Source: Aplysia californica (lineage: Eukaryota). From it: a stretch of DNA of 64,000 nt. The stretch covers positions 461,450-525,449 of the forward strand of contig NW_004797686.1 of assembly GCF_000002075.1 (NCBI RefSeq). The letters are read 5' to 3'. The notes under the pieces are model-generated. The model saw only the letters and a program-made list of their open reading frames with translations, was not told the DNA's origin and ran no database searches. The position numbers were made by a program, and so were the translations under genes. Shown here piece after piece: positions 48,601 through 58,651 of this stretch. Numbering within the stretch: the stretch's first letter is position 1; each line of letters starts with the position of its first letter.

Positions 48601-51600
48601 ACTTTTTATACTTTTGTAACTCTTATAGAATAGTAAATGAGATCTCAGTAAAGGATTCCTCCATAGTATCACTCTCTCCATGACTGCAAACTTTTTCTTA
48701 TAGTGACATTCTTTTTCTAGTCTGCAGCCTGCACTCATCTCTATTACATGTACAGGCCGACCGGACAGGTTTTTGACAGTAGGCAAGCCGTACGGCCAGA
48801 CGAAATTGAGGAAACTTTGGTTTATTTTTACTACACACCACAATCGACCTGAAGGTGGACGCACCTCGCGAGCAACATATTCTACACGCTGGATCTAGGT
48901 CTAGTCTGGGTGAAACTTCCCATGTGTTTGTGCACCATGGCGCGCAAAACATAAAAATCTACTGGAATGGAAGATCGTTAAATACAAAGCGAAACAAGTC
49001 ACTCGAGAGCCGTTTCCCTAATTTTTATGCACTGATTCTGAATCTGGTATTGTTTTTTTTTATCTACGACGTGGTTTTCTATAATTTTGAAATTAGTTCT
49101 TGTCCCAGGGGCAGTAAACTTCAAAGGCCGGATGACGGGACGTCAAATTCACAGGCAGCGGCTTTTGGTTCTTTACATCTGGCCGGCCGGGTGTTCGCCT
49201 TCAGTTTGAGCCGCATTTCTTATTACACGTTACGATTGGCCGTACGGTCCAGAAACCTGTCCGGTCGGCCTGTACGTGTAATAGGCCCTTTAAAGTAACA
49301 TGGTAAATTCTTTTTATTGTGCTGGGTCATTTGTTGTCAAATTTTATTCTCTTGAATTATCATCTTAATTGAATGCTGTTAAGAATTTCAGATATCAGGA
49401 AGGTTTTTCTATTTTTTTACTTAATTTATGCTGTAAAAGTTGCCATTTTAAAGAGAATATTTTGGTTCATTTTCAGGTTCGCATTAAGAAACACAGATGG
49501 TACAAGAAGATTTTGAAGTCTCGGAATCCTTTAATTTTGTCGATGGGGTGGCGTCGTTTCCAGACAATACCATATTACTACAAACTGGAGGACAACATGA
49601 GGCGGCGAATGCTCAAATACACACCTGAACACATTCATTGCCACTCTACATTTTGGGGTAAGTTTTGTTCTTTTGGTTGGATTGTAAATGGTGACTACTT
49701 CGCTTCTACCTATGTCACCATAAACAAATTACATTTTTAAGAACAACACAACAGTTACACTGTACAGCTATCCATTACAATGTGTGGCTCTGGGTCTTAA
49801 TGTGAAGACCCTTAAGCTGCCACACAGGTTTAACAACTTTGTCATTGTATGTTTGTCTTACAAAGCATCCATGTTTAAGACTGAAAGTCCCCCCTCAAAT
49901 GACACCACATTTTGAGTACATAGAAAGTATCATGACTGTATATTGTACAACTTTAGAAGATCTTTTCAGTTTATCTTCATTTTGTCTGTCTGGGCAAATT
50001 TTAGTGTTCATGTATGTATGTTTCTTTCTTGTTCTCCTTCTCAGTCTATTTTTAAAAAACTTTTACCTGTACTAGTGCACAACTTTACTTTTGATGTATC
50101 TTCATGAATAGATTGGCATCTTGTAATTGTTTCATTTAATTGTATGATCCTTACAGGTCCCATTACTCCACAAGGCACTGGATTTCTAGCAGTGGAGTCT
50201 GTATCCAACAAAACGGTAAGTGATATACGGTCAAACCTGTGTAAGACGGCCACTCATTGTCAAGGAGAAAAGTGACCGTATAAGACATGTGGCCGTTTTA
50301 GGCAGGACTGATCAAGATGAAGAAAACAAACCATTCCCATCTGAAGTCCCAATCAAAAGTAGCTGCATTATTGTTTTTTTGTTGTTGTTTTGTATTTTGT
50401 TTGTTATTTTTATTTTGTTGCTGATTTTTCGCAAGGGTGACAATAATACAAAATGTATAAGACGGGGAAGACTGAGTCCCGCCCACGTTAAAACTAACAC
50501 ATGGGTTGCCACCACTCGGAGAACAAGCGACGCTTCTGTCGCAAGTTCATGTTGACGTCTATTGTTACTTTGTTACAGACTGGGTAAACAGTGACCACTT
50601 ATCTCACTTACGATTTGTGTATGACTTCTGGGCGGGGCTTATGGGTTTATGAGGGATTACACACTTATCTCACCAGCAGCTGAAAATTGGTACCTATTGG
50701 TCAACAGTGGGAGGGGCCTACGCAACATGATCGGTTGGAGGGACTGACTACCTAACAACAATGACTAGTGATTGGATTATGACGGCTCGCTCACAACGCC
50801 AGGGGCCAATGCACAATTTATGACAAAACGTAATAGAGTCACTAAGGTGGCCGTCTAAGACAGGTGTTATTGCTTAGTGTGATAGGGGTTGTGTGTTAAA
50901 ATATGGTGGCCGCGTTGGACAGGTGCCCGTTTTACACAGTTAAATTATATAGAAAAAACGCAAGGGGGGAAATGAAAATGGCCATTTGTACAGGTGACAG
51001 TCTTATAGAGGTGGCCGTTAGGGCAGGTTCGACTGTAGTAAACTACGACTGATTACGGTCTTTTGTATCATAACAATAATAGTAAATTAAACATACTTAT
51101 TAATTTTTTTTGGGTTCTTTTTTCAAAACAGCAGTTTTGTGCCATCAAGGGCATGTGTAGTTTTAGGGTGCTTTTGTAAGAGGTATGTTGTAAAAAATAC
51201 ACAATTTTCTGTATACATGTTAAAGAACATTTATGTGGACTTGTGTAAAAGTTATTTGAACTTCTCATTCTTTTGTGCATGATGTCACAGTGACACAAAT
51301 GTGGCCCCATGGACGGTGGATGTACAGACTAGGTCAAGTAAGGTAGGGGGTGATACCAGAAATTTGAGTAATTTTTTGACATGCTAGTTTCTTTATCATA
51401 ATCTGCATGCTTACTAATTAATATCACACAGTTGTGCTCATGATATGACAGAACACGGGAGAATGTGATTGGTTTGAGTATGTTCCAAGAATGCGTGGAG
51501 TTCTCTTTGTACCGCCTTCTCATTGTGTGATTTAACATATTTTTGTGTGTATGATATGTTAAATCACACTCATATTCTCTATCTTCACCCACAGGCCAAT

Positions 51601-54600
51601 TTCCGGATCGCTGCCACAGGTGTAGTACTGGAGCTGGACCAGTCAGTTGAAGTGGAGAAAAAGCTAAAACTTGTTGGCAACCCTCTCAAAGTGTACAAAA
51701 AATCTGCTTTCATAAAGGTGTGTTAAGTGCCATTTTTGTTGCTAAGGACATTGTGATTAGGGGGATGGACATCTTTGGCAAAACGGTTAGGCACTTTGTC
51801 AGCGCGTGCAGAAGACTCAAGTTTGATTCCTTTGTAGGGAAATTTTTTATGAAGTATCTCATTCTTTCTGCTGGGACGTTGTTTCCCACTCAGCTCAGGT
51901 TGGCCTAGACTGGCAGGATGGAAGCCCACCTCCTAAATGATCTTAAGTCTGTCAATGGGAGCATAAAATTTTAAAATTTAATTTTTGGGGAGTGGGTGAT
52001 TACAAATAGGGGTGGGGGATGTTTATGGTTAGCCTTCTGACAATTGATAGTCGATGAGATTTTGATAACTTTCTTCTATCATTTTACTTTTTTCTGTTGT
52101 ACATTACCAGTTGATGCTCTTTCCTTTAAAAAAAAAAAATAGACTCTTTATTTCCACATTCGGGCACCTAACCATCTTGTTTTACTTTAGTTTCCCATGA
52201 TTTATAATTTGATTTTTATTTATGAAACCATATTTTTCTTGTTTCTTTTTAGGACATGTTTACTTCCAATTTAGAGGTGGCCAAATTTCAAGGTGCTAAG
52301 TTACAGACAGTGAGTGGGCTACGAGGGCAGGTGAAGAAGGCGCTCCATGCCCCACCAGGAGCGTTCAGAGCAACTTTTGAAGACAGGATAAAAATGAGTG
52401 GTGAGCTCTTGGCACTAAACTTTATGTATGCGCAAACTGTTGGAAATGTTCTAACTTTAGTTCAATCGGGGTGTCCGGCCTGTCACTCTCACTCTCAGCC
52501 TTGCGGTCGGGCCCTAGATCTAAATTCTAGATTTTCTATGTCTGGTCAATCCGAATTGCCCCAAACTCTTGCTACGTTTTCATCAAAATCTGAGTCATCT
52601 GATTTGCCATATGCTCGTTTTAGCTCAAATCCATCGTTATTTCCTTTTTCGAACTCAATTGTGTCGGTTTTCAACAAGTTGAGACACTTTCGAAGTGTCG
52701 GTAACGCGATGGCACTTCGTTCGGCTCTAATACTAAAACTACTGCCCCGAAAAATTTCGTTTCGGTATCAAACGAAAGAAGAAACTTTTTGCAATAACTA
52801 TGCAAATCAAAATCTCGGCCCCAGTATCTCGCCAAGGCGAGATTTTGTTTCTAAAGATGCTGGGTTGGCGCAGGAGATTCCGGGCGAGTCAGGGTGGAGC
52901 GCGTAAAGGAATTCCCGGCCGAGTTAGGGTGTAATGTGTTAACCATTTCGTACCCAGGGGGTGTGCGTTCCTACTGTCAGCACTGATTTTCAGCTGAGCT
53001 CGTTACCCAGGACAGCAGCCTAATGTCCTAATGGGCGCACGGTCTATATCTAGCACACTCATGACATATTTTGGACACCGGGTCTTTGTGTCACTTTTCT
53101 CTCTTTTCTTATTCCCCATTTCCTCCCATCTTACTCATAATTTCGAATAACCTGCAAATCTTGAATTTATTTGCCTTTTTAAAGTAATTTCGATGTTTAC
53201 GTTTTATGAGAGCATGCGGCGCCCGCAAGCCGAGAGATCTGTGTATATCGATTGCTTGCAAGCTTAGCAGTAAAGTAATATCCAAGACGGAATAAGACAA
53301 GACGGGACAACTCTTCTTTACGTCATGTGACAAGCGCAGGCCCCTCCCACTTTTGCTGCTGCGCGTATAACTCGCTGGACTGGCGATAGTTTACATTGGT
53401 TACAATGCAAGGCTACTGATCATCTCGGGCGGTATGTCTAGCCAAGGCCTACTAAAATTAATATATTTTAGCCCAGAGAGAGAGAGAGAGAGAGAGTATT
53501 TAATGAATAAACATAGCCTATCTAGAATCTAGATCTAGAGAGTCTAAATTTTGTTGTGCACCCAGCCAAGAGTGTGCAGTTCGGAAAGTAGATCTAGATC
53601 TAGATCTAGGCCCCTAAGTGGTTGGCGAATGACCGAAGGGCGACTCTTGACTAGCGGTATGTCTGTGAATTGGCAGAGACACTCTAGATCTATATCATGC
53701 AACTTGATTCATACTATCATATCAACAGTAGATAGATTTACTTAAGCTTCTGTGCTTATTTCAATGGCTTCTTTTTCGGTGCACCTGTACTATTGTGGTC
53801 CCATTTAATGTTTACATGACAGCCATTATTGTCATGTGGGAGTAAATCTAGATCTAGATATCTCTAGATTCTATCTAGATCTAGATCGCCAAGATAATCT
53901 ATTTCTAGATCTAGATAGCTAGATCTATCTAGATTTAAATCTTGATTAGATCTATAATTTTAATTCAGTTTAGATCTAGATCTAGATTTAGATTCTAGAT
54001 ATCTGTAATCTAGGCCTAAATCTAAATAAGAAACACGTAAAAATAAGCAAACAGGACCGCTATTGTGCAGGAGTGCCATTGTTTCCTAGCTTCAGTTCAT
54101 GATCAATAGATCATTGATTCTGACATTGGGGAACAGCTCACTGAGTAGTTAATCTAGATCTAGATCTAGTCAACAGTTAGGCTGCTGGACTCTAGCAGTG
54201 GCCGTATCTTTAGTTTAAAAAATATCCAATCTATTGTATATTCTGTTAGACAACAATTCATTGCAGAGCACCACTGGCTGTTCTGTCATTTTTAAACTGT
54301 AAGATTTAATCTACTTCTATGTTTCGAAAACTCCTAGATCTACATCATCATGTCACTGAACATGTTCAACCCGCTTAATACCGCTTTCCGTTCATAAAAA
54401 CATTAAATTTCTCAACTCACGAGATCTAGATCTATATTCAAAATATAATGTGAACAAAAACCAGTCAAAATAAATACCAAACAGTTTATATGAAAAAAAC
54501 CCAAGGCAAAACTGGCATTATGAAATTCAAAGTAGGCAGCTATTTCAGCGAGTTGAACAGTGTGCTCTTTCTTCCTATTGTTTGTTTACGTTTTAAACGT

Positions 54601-57600
54601 GCAGCTAGCTGGTTACCAAGGGGAGTCAGTTGGAACGAAAATGAGGCTGTTGTCCCGTCTTGTCTTATTCAGTCTTGGGTAATATTAGCAAATTTGGTAC
54701 TGATATGCGCATCTTTTATTCCTGAATACAAATCCACGCAGCCCTTGTGGCTTGAACTCTGTACAGAAGAATTAGAGCCAGGTTATTAGCATGACGTACA
54801 TGTAATTTCATAGAGGCAAGCGGGAGCGTCAAATCTTGCCAACTTCCATGATGTACCAGGTACGTCATAAGGCAACAGTACCTGGCATCTATAAACAAAG
54901 AGAGGTTACTTTTTATATGGATAATAATGTGCTTGTATGTTTGTTGTTGTTTTTTTTGGGGGGGAGGGGTGTATTGTTCAATTTCCAACTATTGAGGAAA
55001 TTTGAAGGTCAGAAAGCAAATCATTCTGTGTTAATAAAGACTGTTTCTTGCATAGCTGCCACTTTCCCGCTAAATAGCGGAAACTCCACTACATCTAGCT
55101 TTCCCCGCAACTTTCCTCCTTCCTCCGCTGGACCGCTCTTGGTCGCAAATTTCGTTGTTTTTTTTTTCCACGCGGAAAACACCGAACCGGGAGAGAGACG
55201 AAAACGCGGTCTGCGCATGTCCGCCCGTAGCTTTCTACTTCCGTTCTTCTAGGCCCAGCGCTAGTTTCACATTGTTTATTGTTGTGGAGCAACACAGTGT
55301 CGATCGGGCATCGGGACGTTAGCGCGCCGAGTTGTCATTGAAATTGGCGGAAATTCGAGAGAAATTGATTCAGAATGCAAAAATAAAAGGAGCTGGAATG
55401 AGAAAGAAGCAGCCGGTGTGCGACTTGAAAAGTTCATTAGAAAATTGAACTAGCTGTTTTTTGCGAAAGAAATCGCGGCCAGCGGCACTCCTGTTACAGT
55501 CCTGTACAATTGCGGTCCCGTTTGTTTACATGACGGCTATTGTGGCTGCTGCGGAAGTGAATCTAGATCTAGATTTAGATCTAGAAAATCTATCTCTAGA
55601 TATAATCTAGATCTACACATATTTAGATATATCTAGATCTAGATTAGATAGCCTATGCTATAATTTTAATTCAGGTTATCTCTAAATAAGAAACACACTA
55701 CAGGGGCACTAAGTGCAAACGGGACCGCAATTGTACAGGAGTGCCTGTGTATCCTTGATCCGATACTGCTCTACGTCTATGTATGTACACGTTTAAAGTG
55801 AAAGAAATCTTTTTATGAGACACCAGCTGGCAAAAAACACTAGATTTTTAGTCACCAAGTCCAAACTGTGTCAAATTGACTCGAATGCTTGTTAGTCAAC
55901 TTACTGCCTTTATGTTGTTTTTTTTTGTTGTTGTTTTTTTCAAATACATTTTAATTCAGTTGCCTATGGTTAACAATATGACAGTTTTCCCTTCCAAAAC
56001 CGTAGGCTAGATTTTCCAGTATATATTGCCTCTGGATCTCACTGGTTTTGGAGAGCGCGCGTACGCTTTTGCGTGAATTTCCTCCTTTTTAAAAATTTCT
56101 GAGTGGCAGCTATGTTCTTGTGCTATGAATTTACTGAAGAAATTCTAATAATCTCAATTTATTTTTGAAATTCAGATATTGTTTTCCTGAAAGCATGGGT
56201 GAAGATTGACATTCCCAAATTCATCATGCCTGTGACGTCGCTGCTGCTAGGGGCATCGGACAAGCAAGCCTGGCTGGGAATGAGAACTATTGGTCAGTTG
56301 AGACATGAAAGAGGTCTTCCGGTTCCCCAGCGAGAAGATTCATTGTATAAGGTATGTGCACCCATAACCCTACTTTGTGCACTAAATTAAACCTCGCCCC
56401 TTGGAGAAAAAAAAGTACATTGATATTTTACTTGTAAATTTGTTTCAAATGTTTGAGAATCAATTTTAAAATTGGCTTTAGTCCAATAACCTGTTCATTC
56501 TGTTTCAATGAGCCCTATACTTTTGTGGACTAAGGAGGGGGGATTGTAAGTTATTGTTCTTGGTTTTATTACTAACAAATGCTATGTTGTCTTTTTATTA
56601 GCAACATTTTTTTCTTCAAAAATTGTTCAGATTTGTTGAATAGCTCGTATCGCAAAGTTACTTGGCCATGATTTCACATGCATCTCAGAATGAGTTGGAC
56701 AGGTTAAAAAAGAGACATGACATCACTCAAACAGCTGTGTGCAGCAAATCCGTTACAGTGATTTATTTCTCGACAATTGTGCAGTCACAGTAATTTTTCT
56801 TGATTTTCTTCAATGTCTCTCTAATTTTTCGTTTTCTTGGACAACCAAAATTATGGATGCGTCAAGCACATTAGTCAATTCCTGACGTGTTTGAGCTATC
56901 CATGCCCGATGCTATGTATCTTTTATTTTTCACACATCATTGATTATTAGGAATTGTTGAGACAGTTTTGTTGTAGAAAGTGTTGCCAACTAACATTCTT
57001 ACTTGCAGCTATATATGGAGTTATAGAAGGAGTGCATCTATTTCATTTCAGCCCATTGTGAGGTCTGAACGAGTGAGAAAGCCATTGGTGATCCCCAAGG
57101 ACTTGAAGATGCGATTGCCTTTCAAGGACACACCGAAAGATCTTCCTGAAGCCAAAAAACCAAAACGTGTTGCGGTAGTGATGGAGCCTCATGAAGCAAA
57201 GGTAATTGTTTATTCCGTTTTGTTTGTCGGAAACCTCAATAGAGGAAAACGGATAATGAAATGCTTATTTTATAACACTGTGTTATGAGGAATCCCTTAC
57301 GGTGTACATTTATACTGCAGTTTCCTTAAGGGGTTGGAGGATGGCCGTAGCTGGTCTTATTTCTATCCTTTTGCTTTGCTGTTTCTGTCTGCTTTTTCCA
57401 TGCTCTAAGTGGACATCATTGTATTGATGAGCTTTTCTTTACTCAAACAATGGTTTCTGCTATACAGTCAAAACTGTCCAAGACAGCCACCCTTTGTCGA
57501 GAAGAAAAGAGGTTTTCTTAGGTGGTTGTTATGGAAAGTGTCATAATAATATAGAAAAATTGCAAGTGGAGGAAGCTGTCATTTGTTCAGGTGATTGCCT

Positions 57601-58172
57601 GGGATGTATATGGCAGTTAAAGCAGGTTTGACCGTATTTGGATAGTGCTTGAGAATAGTGACAAAACCAGTGCCTCTAGGGTACACGAACCTACAGGAAT
57701 AAGGGTTCTTTTTTTTTTTTTTTTTTTTTGCACTTGATTCATTTTGCAAATTGTTCAATTCAAATAATAGATTACTCTGTACTTGAATATTAGTGCAGCA
57801 CACACGGGCAGAGATTTGATTGCTTGAAAACTAGGAAAGGTTTCCATGTACCCCCCAAAAAAGTTTTATGTATCTTTCTCTGTAATTTAGATTCTCCCCC
57901 CCCCCCCCCCCTACAATTTTAAGGTTTTAATTTTTCTCTTCTCTTTTGTGTATCATCAGGTTGCAAATTTCCTGAAGAGGGTGAAAGCTGTTCATAAAGA
58001 AAAAGCCGTCAGGACCCATCATGAAATGAGGAAGAGAGCTCAGGCACATCAGAAAAGGAAGCAAGCAGAGGAAGCTTTGAGACAGGAGAAACTGAAAGGG
58101 GCAAAGAAAAGACTGCATAAAATTCTTGGGGAGATGAAGAAAAAAAAGGATAGTGGTTCTGGTCACTTCTAA
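30527..58172 (+). CDS. BMS1: Ribosome biogenesis protein BMS1 homolog (GTPase), 23 coding exons, 3351 nt, 1116 aa
   Basis: Manually spliced exons: 30527-30690, 36156-36346, 37376-37455, 37937-38125, 38964-39106, 39524-39645, 39989-40179, 40817-40947, 41552-41684, 42218-42329, 44307-44396, 45146-45312, 45695-45776, 46670-46816, 47631-47800, 48362-48550, 49477-49657, 50157-50215, 51595-51717, 52253-52400, 56176-56351, 57052-57201, 57960-58172. All introns are GT-AG and phases are consistent. BMS1 motifs: [23 protein letters not shown] (P-loop), [93 protein letters not shown]. Confidence 0.97.
30967..31066. other. Assembly gap (100 N) in poly-G
   Basis: N run. Confidence 1.
31211..32774. mobile_element. 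hAT non-autonomous element with 8-bp TSD
   Basis: TIR TAGGCCTGGGCA / TGCCCAGGCTTA; TSD CCAGGATC / CCGGGATC; subterminal CCGAATA/TATTCGG repeats. Confidence 0.85.
32095..32245. repeat. 28-bp minisatellite, 5 copies plus partial
   Basis: Unit CGTTTTCAAACCGAGTCAGCTAATGAAT at 32095, 32123, 32151, 32179, 32207 and 32235. Confidence 0.95.
33941..34038 (+). repeat. Dispersed repeat end shared with 29271-29368
   Basis: AGAATAGCTTC(T/C)GATCTATTGACCGGCG...CCGGAGAATAGCCACT present at both sites. Confidence 0.7.
34490..35099 (-). mobile_element. Tc1/mariner-type MITE, truncated inverted copy of 50228-51035
   Basis: Ends CAGGTTCGACTG|TA; 58-nt perfect reverse-complement core shared with 50542-50599. 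Confidence 0.85.
35425..35492 (+). mobile_element. L2/CR1-like LINE 3' tail
   Basis: AGCGCATA...TATGCGCT stem-loop followed by ATATAAAT and a (TTTA/TTA)n tail; similar tail at 17403-17457. Confidence 0.55.
36156..36346 (+). CDS. BMS1: BMS1 coding exon 2 (P-loop)
   Basis: [38 protein letters not shown]...GPVTVVA; tgtag acceptor, GTAAGT donor. Confidence 0.95.
36743..37232 (+). mobile_element. 5'-truncated RTE LINE in BMS1 intron 2
   Basis: [31 protein letters not shown]...[12 protein letters not shown]...[17 protein letters not shown] with frameshifts; (TGA)n tail. Confidence 0.88.
37376..37455 (+). CDS. BMS1: BMS1 coding exon 3
   Basis: [27 protein letters not shown]; ttcag / GTAAGA. Confidence 0.93.
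37937..38125 (+). CDS. BMS1: BMS1 coding exon 4
   Basis: [18 protein letters not shown]...GVLNHLD...VELYK; tttag / GTATGT. Confidence 0.94.
38495..38720 (+). mobile_element. Partial copy of the MITE found at 58201-58651
   Basis: Shared GATGG(A/T)ATCAGG(T/C)GCTC and GAGAAAATGGCCGC segments. Confidence 0.6.
38964..39106 (+). CDS. BMS1: BMS1 coding exon 5
   Basis: GARLFYLS...[14 protein letters not shown]; ttcag / GTACAT. Confidence 0.94.
39524..39645 (+). CDS. BMS1: BMS1 coding exon 6
   Basis: [28 protein letters not shown]...HIA; ttcag / GTGAGG. Confidence 0.94.
39989..40179 (+). CDS. BMS1: BMS1 coding exon 7
   Basis: GCGDY...LPDPCP...[20 protein letters not shown]; ttcag / GTTTGT. Confidence 0.93.
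40817..40947 (+). CDS. BMS1: BMS1 coding exon 8
   Basis: [32 protein letters not shown]; ttcag / GTTAGT; phase-consistent. Confidence 0.88.
41552..41684 (+). CDS. BMS1: BMS1 coding exon 9 (acidic linker)
   Basis: D/E-rich [16 protein letters not shown]...; tgcag / GTTTGT. Confidence 0.87.
42218..42329 (+). CDS. BMS1: BMS1 coding exon 10
   Basis: [17 protein letters not shown]... (NLS-like plus acidic); tgcag / GTAAGT. Confidence 0.87.
42880..44073. mobile_element. hAT-like non-autonomous element with 6-bp TSD
   Basis: TATAAG|CAGACCTGCCACTC ... GAGTGGCAGGTCTG|TATAAG; subterminal TCCCGATTT repeats. Confidence 0.88.
44307..44396 (+). CDS. BMS1: BMS1 coding exon 11
   Basis: [13 protein letters not shown]...FSLVYGD; tgcag / GTAAGT. 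Confidence 0.87.
44871..44960 (+). mobile_element. tRNA-derived SINE head
   Basis: GTGGCCTTAGGGGTTAAGG...GGGTTCGGATC; no complete acceptor stem. Confidence 0.55.
45146..45312 (+). CDS. BMS1: BMS1 coding exon 12
   Basis: EDIGGLFKV...DCS; cctag / GTAGTT; tandem AAG alternative acceptors follow. Confidence 0.87.
45695..45776 (+). CDS. BMS1: BMS1 coding exon 13
   Basis: [20 protein letters not shown]; tacag / GTGAGT. Confidence 0.91.
45882..46139. mobile_element. piggyBac-like MITE
   Basis: TTAA|CTCTTTATTTCTG ... CAGAGATAAAGAG|TTAC. Confidence 0.6.
46670..46816 (+). CDS. BMS1: BMS1 coding exon 14
   Basis: [14 protein letters not shown]; caaag / GTATGA. Confidence 0.91.
47631..47800 (+). CDS. 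BMS1: BMS1 coding exon 15
   Basis: [19 protein letters not shown]; aacag / GTAAGT. Confidence 0.91.
48362..48550 (+). CDS. BMS1: BMS1 coding exon 16
   Basis: [28 protein letters not shown]; cgcag / GTAAGT. Confidence 0.94.
48741..49289. mobile_element. PIF/Harbinger-like MITE
   Basis: TIR TATTACATGTACAGGCCGACCGGACAGGTTT / AAACCTGTCCGGTCGGCCTGTACGTGTAATAGGCCC; left extremity eroded. Confidence 0.78.
49477..49657 (+). CDS. BMS1: BMS1 coding exon 17
   Basis: [30 protein letters not shown]...RMLKYTPEH; ttcag / GTAAGT. Confidence 0.95.
50157..50215 (+). CDS. BMS1: BMS1 coding exon 18
   Basis: [20 protein letters not shown]; tacag / GTAAGT. Confidence 0.92.
50228..51035 (+). mobile_element. Tc1/mariner-type MITE in BMS1 intron 18
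   Basis: TA|CGGTCAAACCTG ... CAGGTTCGACTG|TA; internal GTGGCCGT repeats. Confidence 0.87.
51595..51717 (+). CDS. BMS1: BMS1 coding exon 19
   Basis: [15 protein letters not shown]...KKLKLVG.P.KVYK; cacag / GTGTGT. Confidence 0.94.
51767..51968 (+). mobile_element. tRNA-derived SINE copy
   Basis: Same family as 12428-12588, in forward orientation. Confidence 0.65.
52253..52400 (+). CDS. BMS1: BMS1 coding exon 20
   Basis: [15 protein letters not shown]...[13 protein letters not shown]...FRATFEDRI; tttag / GTGAGC. Confidence 0.94.
53778..54077. mobile_element. ~300-bp MITE carrying (TCTAGA)n, copy A
   Basis: Ends CCTGTACTATTGTGGTCCC ... GGACCGCTATTGTGCAGGAGTGCC; similar to 55484-55745. Confidence 0.7.
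55051..56114. mobile_element. hAT-like non-autonomous element with 6-bp TSD
   Basis: TTCTTG|CATAGCTGCCACT ... AGTGGCAGCTATG|TTCTTG. Confidence 0.86.
55484..55745. mobile_element. MITE carrying (TCTAGA)n, copy B (nested in 55051-56114)
   Basis: GGCACTCCTGT...ACAATTGCGGTCCCGTTTG / CAAACGGGACCGCAATTGTACAGGAGTGCC. Confidence 0.8.
56176..56351 (+). CDS. BMS1: BMS1 coding exon 21
   Basis: DIVFLKAW...[11 protein letters not shown]...DSLYK; ttcag / GTATGT. Confidence 0.93.
57052..57201 (+). CDS. BMS1: BMS1 coding exon 22
   Basis: PIVR...LVIPKDL...LPFKD.PK...[10 protein letters not shown]; ttcag / GTAATT. Confidence 0.92.
57465..57634. mobile_element. Small Tc1/mariner-type MITE
   Basis: TA|CAGTCAAAACTG ... 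CAGGTTTGACCG|TA. Confidence 0.65.
57960..58172 (+). CDS. BMS1: BMS1 coding exon 23 (terminal)
   Basis: Basic C-terminal helix [15 protein letters not shown]...GHF*; atcag acceptor; TAA at 58170-58172. Confidence 0.9.
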   Translation, partial: VANFLKRVKAVHKEKAVRTHHEMRKRAQAHQKRKQAEEALRQEKLKGAKKRLHKILGEMKKKKDSGSGHF

Positions 58173-58200
58173 GAAGTTAGAATCAGCCAAATCAATAGAT

Positions 58201-58651
58201 GTGTTATGACGCGATGGTATCAGGCGCTCGTCAATTTTTAGCATATAAAGTTATCAGTATTATCTTAAACTTTGTTCATTTGTCTTGCATTTGTCCAAAA
58301 AAAAAATTTTTTAAATACCCATCTATCCTGAAGAGAAGTCAAACATTTGGAATTGAAGGATGTAGAGGTCGCCAGGTGTCAGAGGTAAAATAAGTGAGAA
58401 AATGGCCGCTAAAGTTTGGTGACTTCCAAAGCTTGAGTGTCCTTGGAAACTGCAAATTTACTTTTTCTATGCCTTTTGATCAAAGTTTTTCAGTAAAACC
58501 CTCACATAAATGTGTTCTTAAATGTATATAGAATGATTTAACAACAAAAGAAAGAAGAAAGTTCGAAAAAAATTTCCCAACGGCCAGAAAAATATTGATT
58601 TCCTTTATTATATTATTTTGACGAGCGGCTGATTTCACCATGCCACCTCAC
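58201..58651. mobile_element. MITE in the BMS1 3' UTR
   Basis: Imperfect TIR ...TGGTATCAGGCGCTCGTCAA / TTGACGAGCGGCTGATTTCACCA...; related sequences at ~28085 and ~38495. Confidence 0.7.

Noticed and set aside
52401-52906. 216-aa ORF 52256-52906 as a separate gene or extended exon
   Set aside because: Only the first ~48 codons are BMS1 exon 20. A GTGAG donor at 52401 joins in phase to exon 21, and the remainder is repeat-like with no recognisable protein features.
55749-55757. U12-type donor-like GTATCCTTG
   Set aside because: It lies inside a transposon, and all BMS1 introns are explained by ordinary U2-type GT-AG sites.
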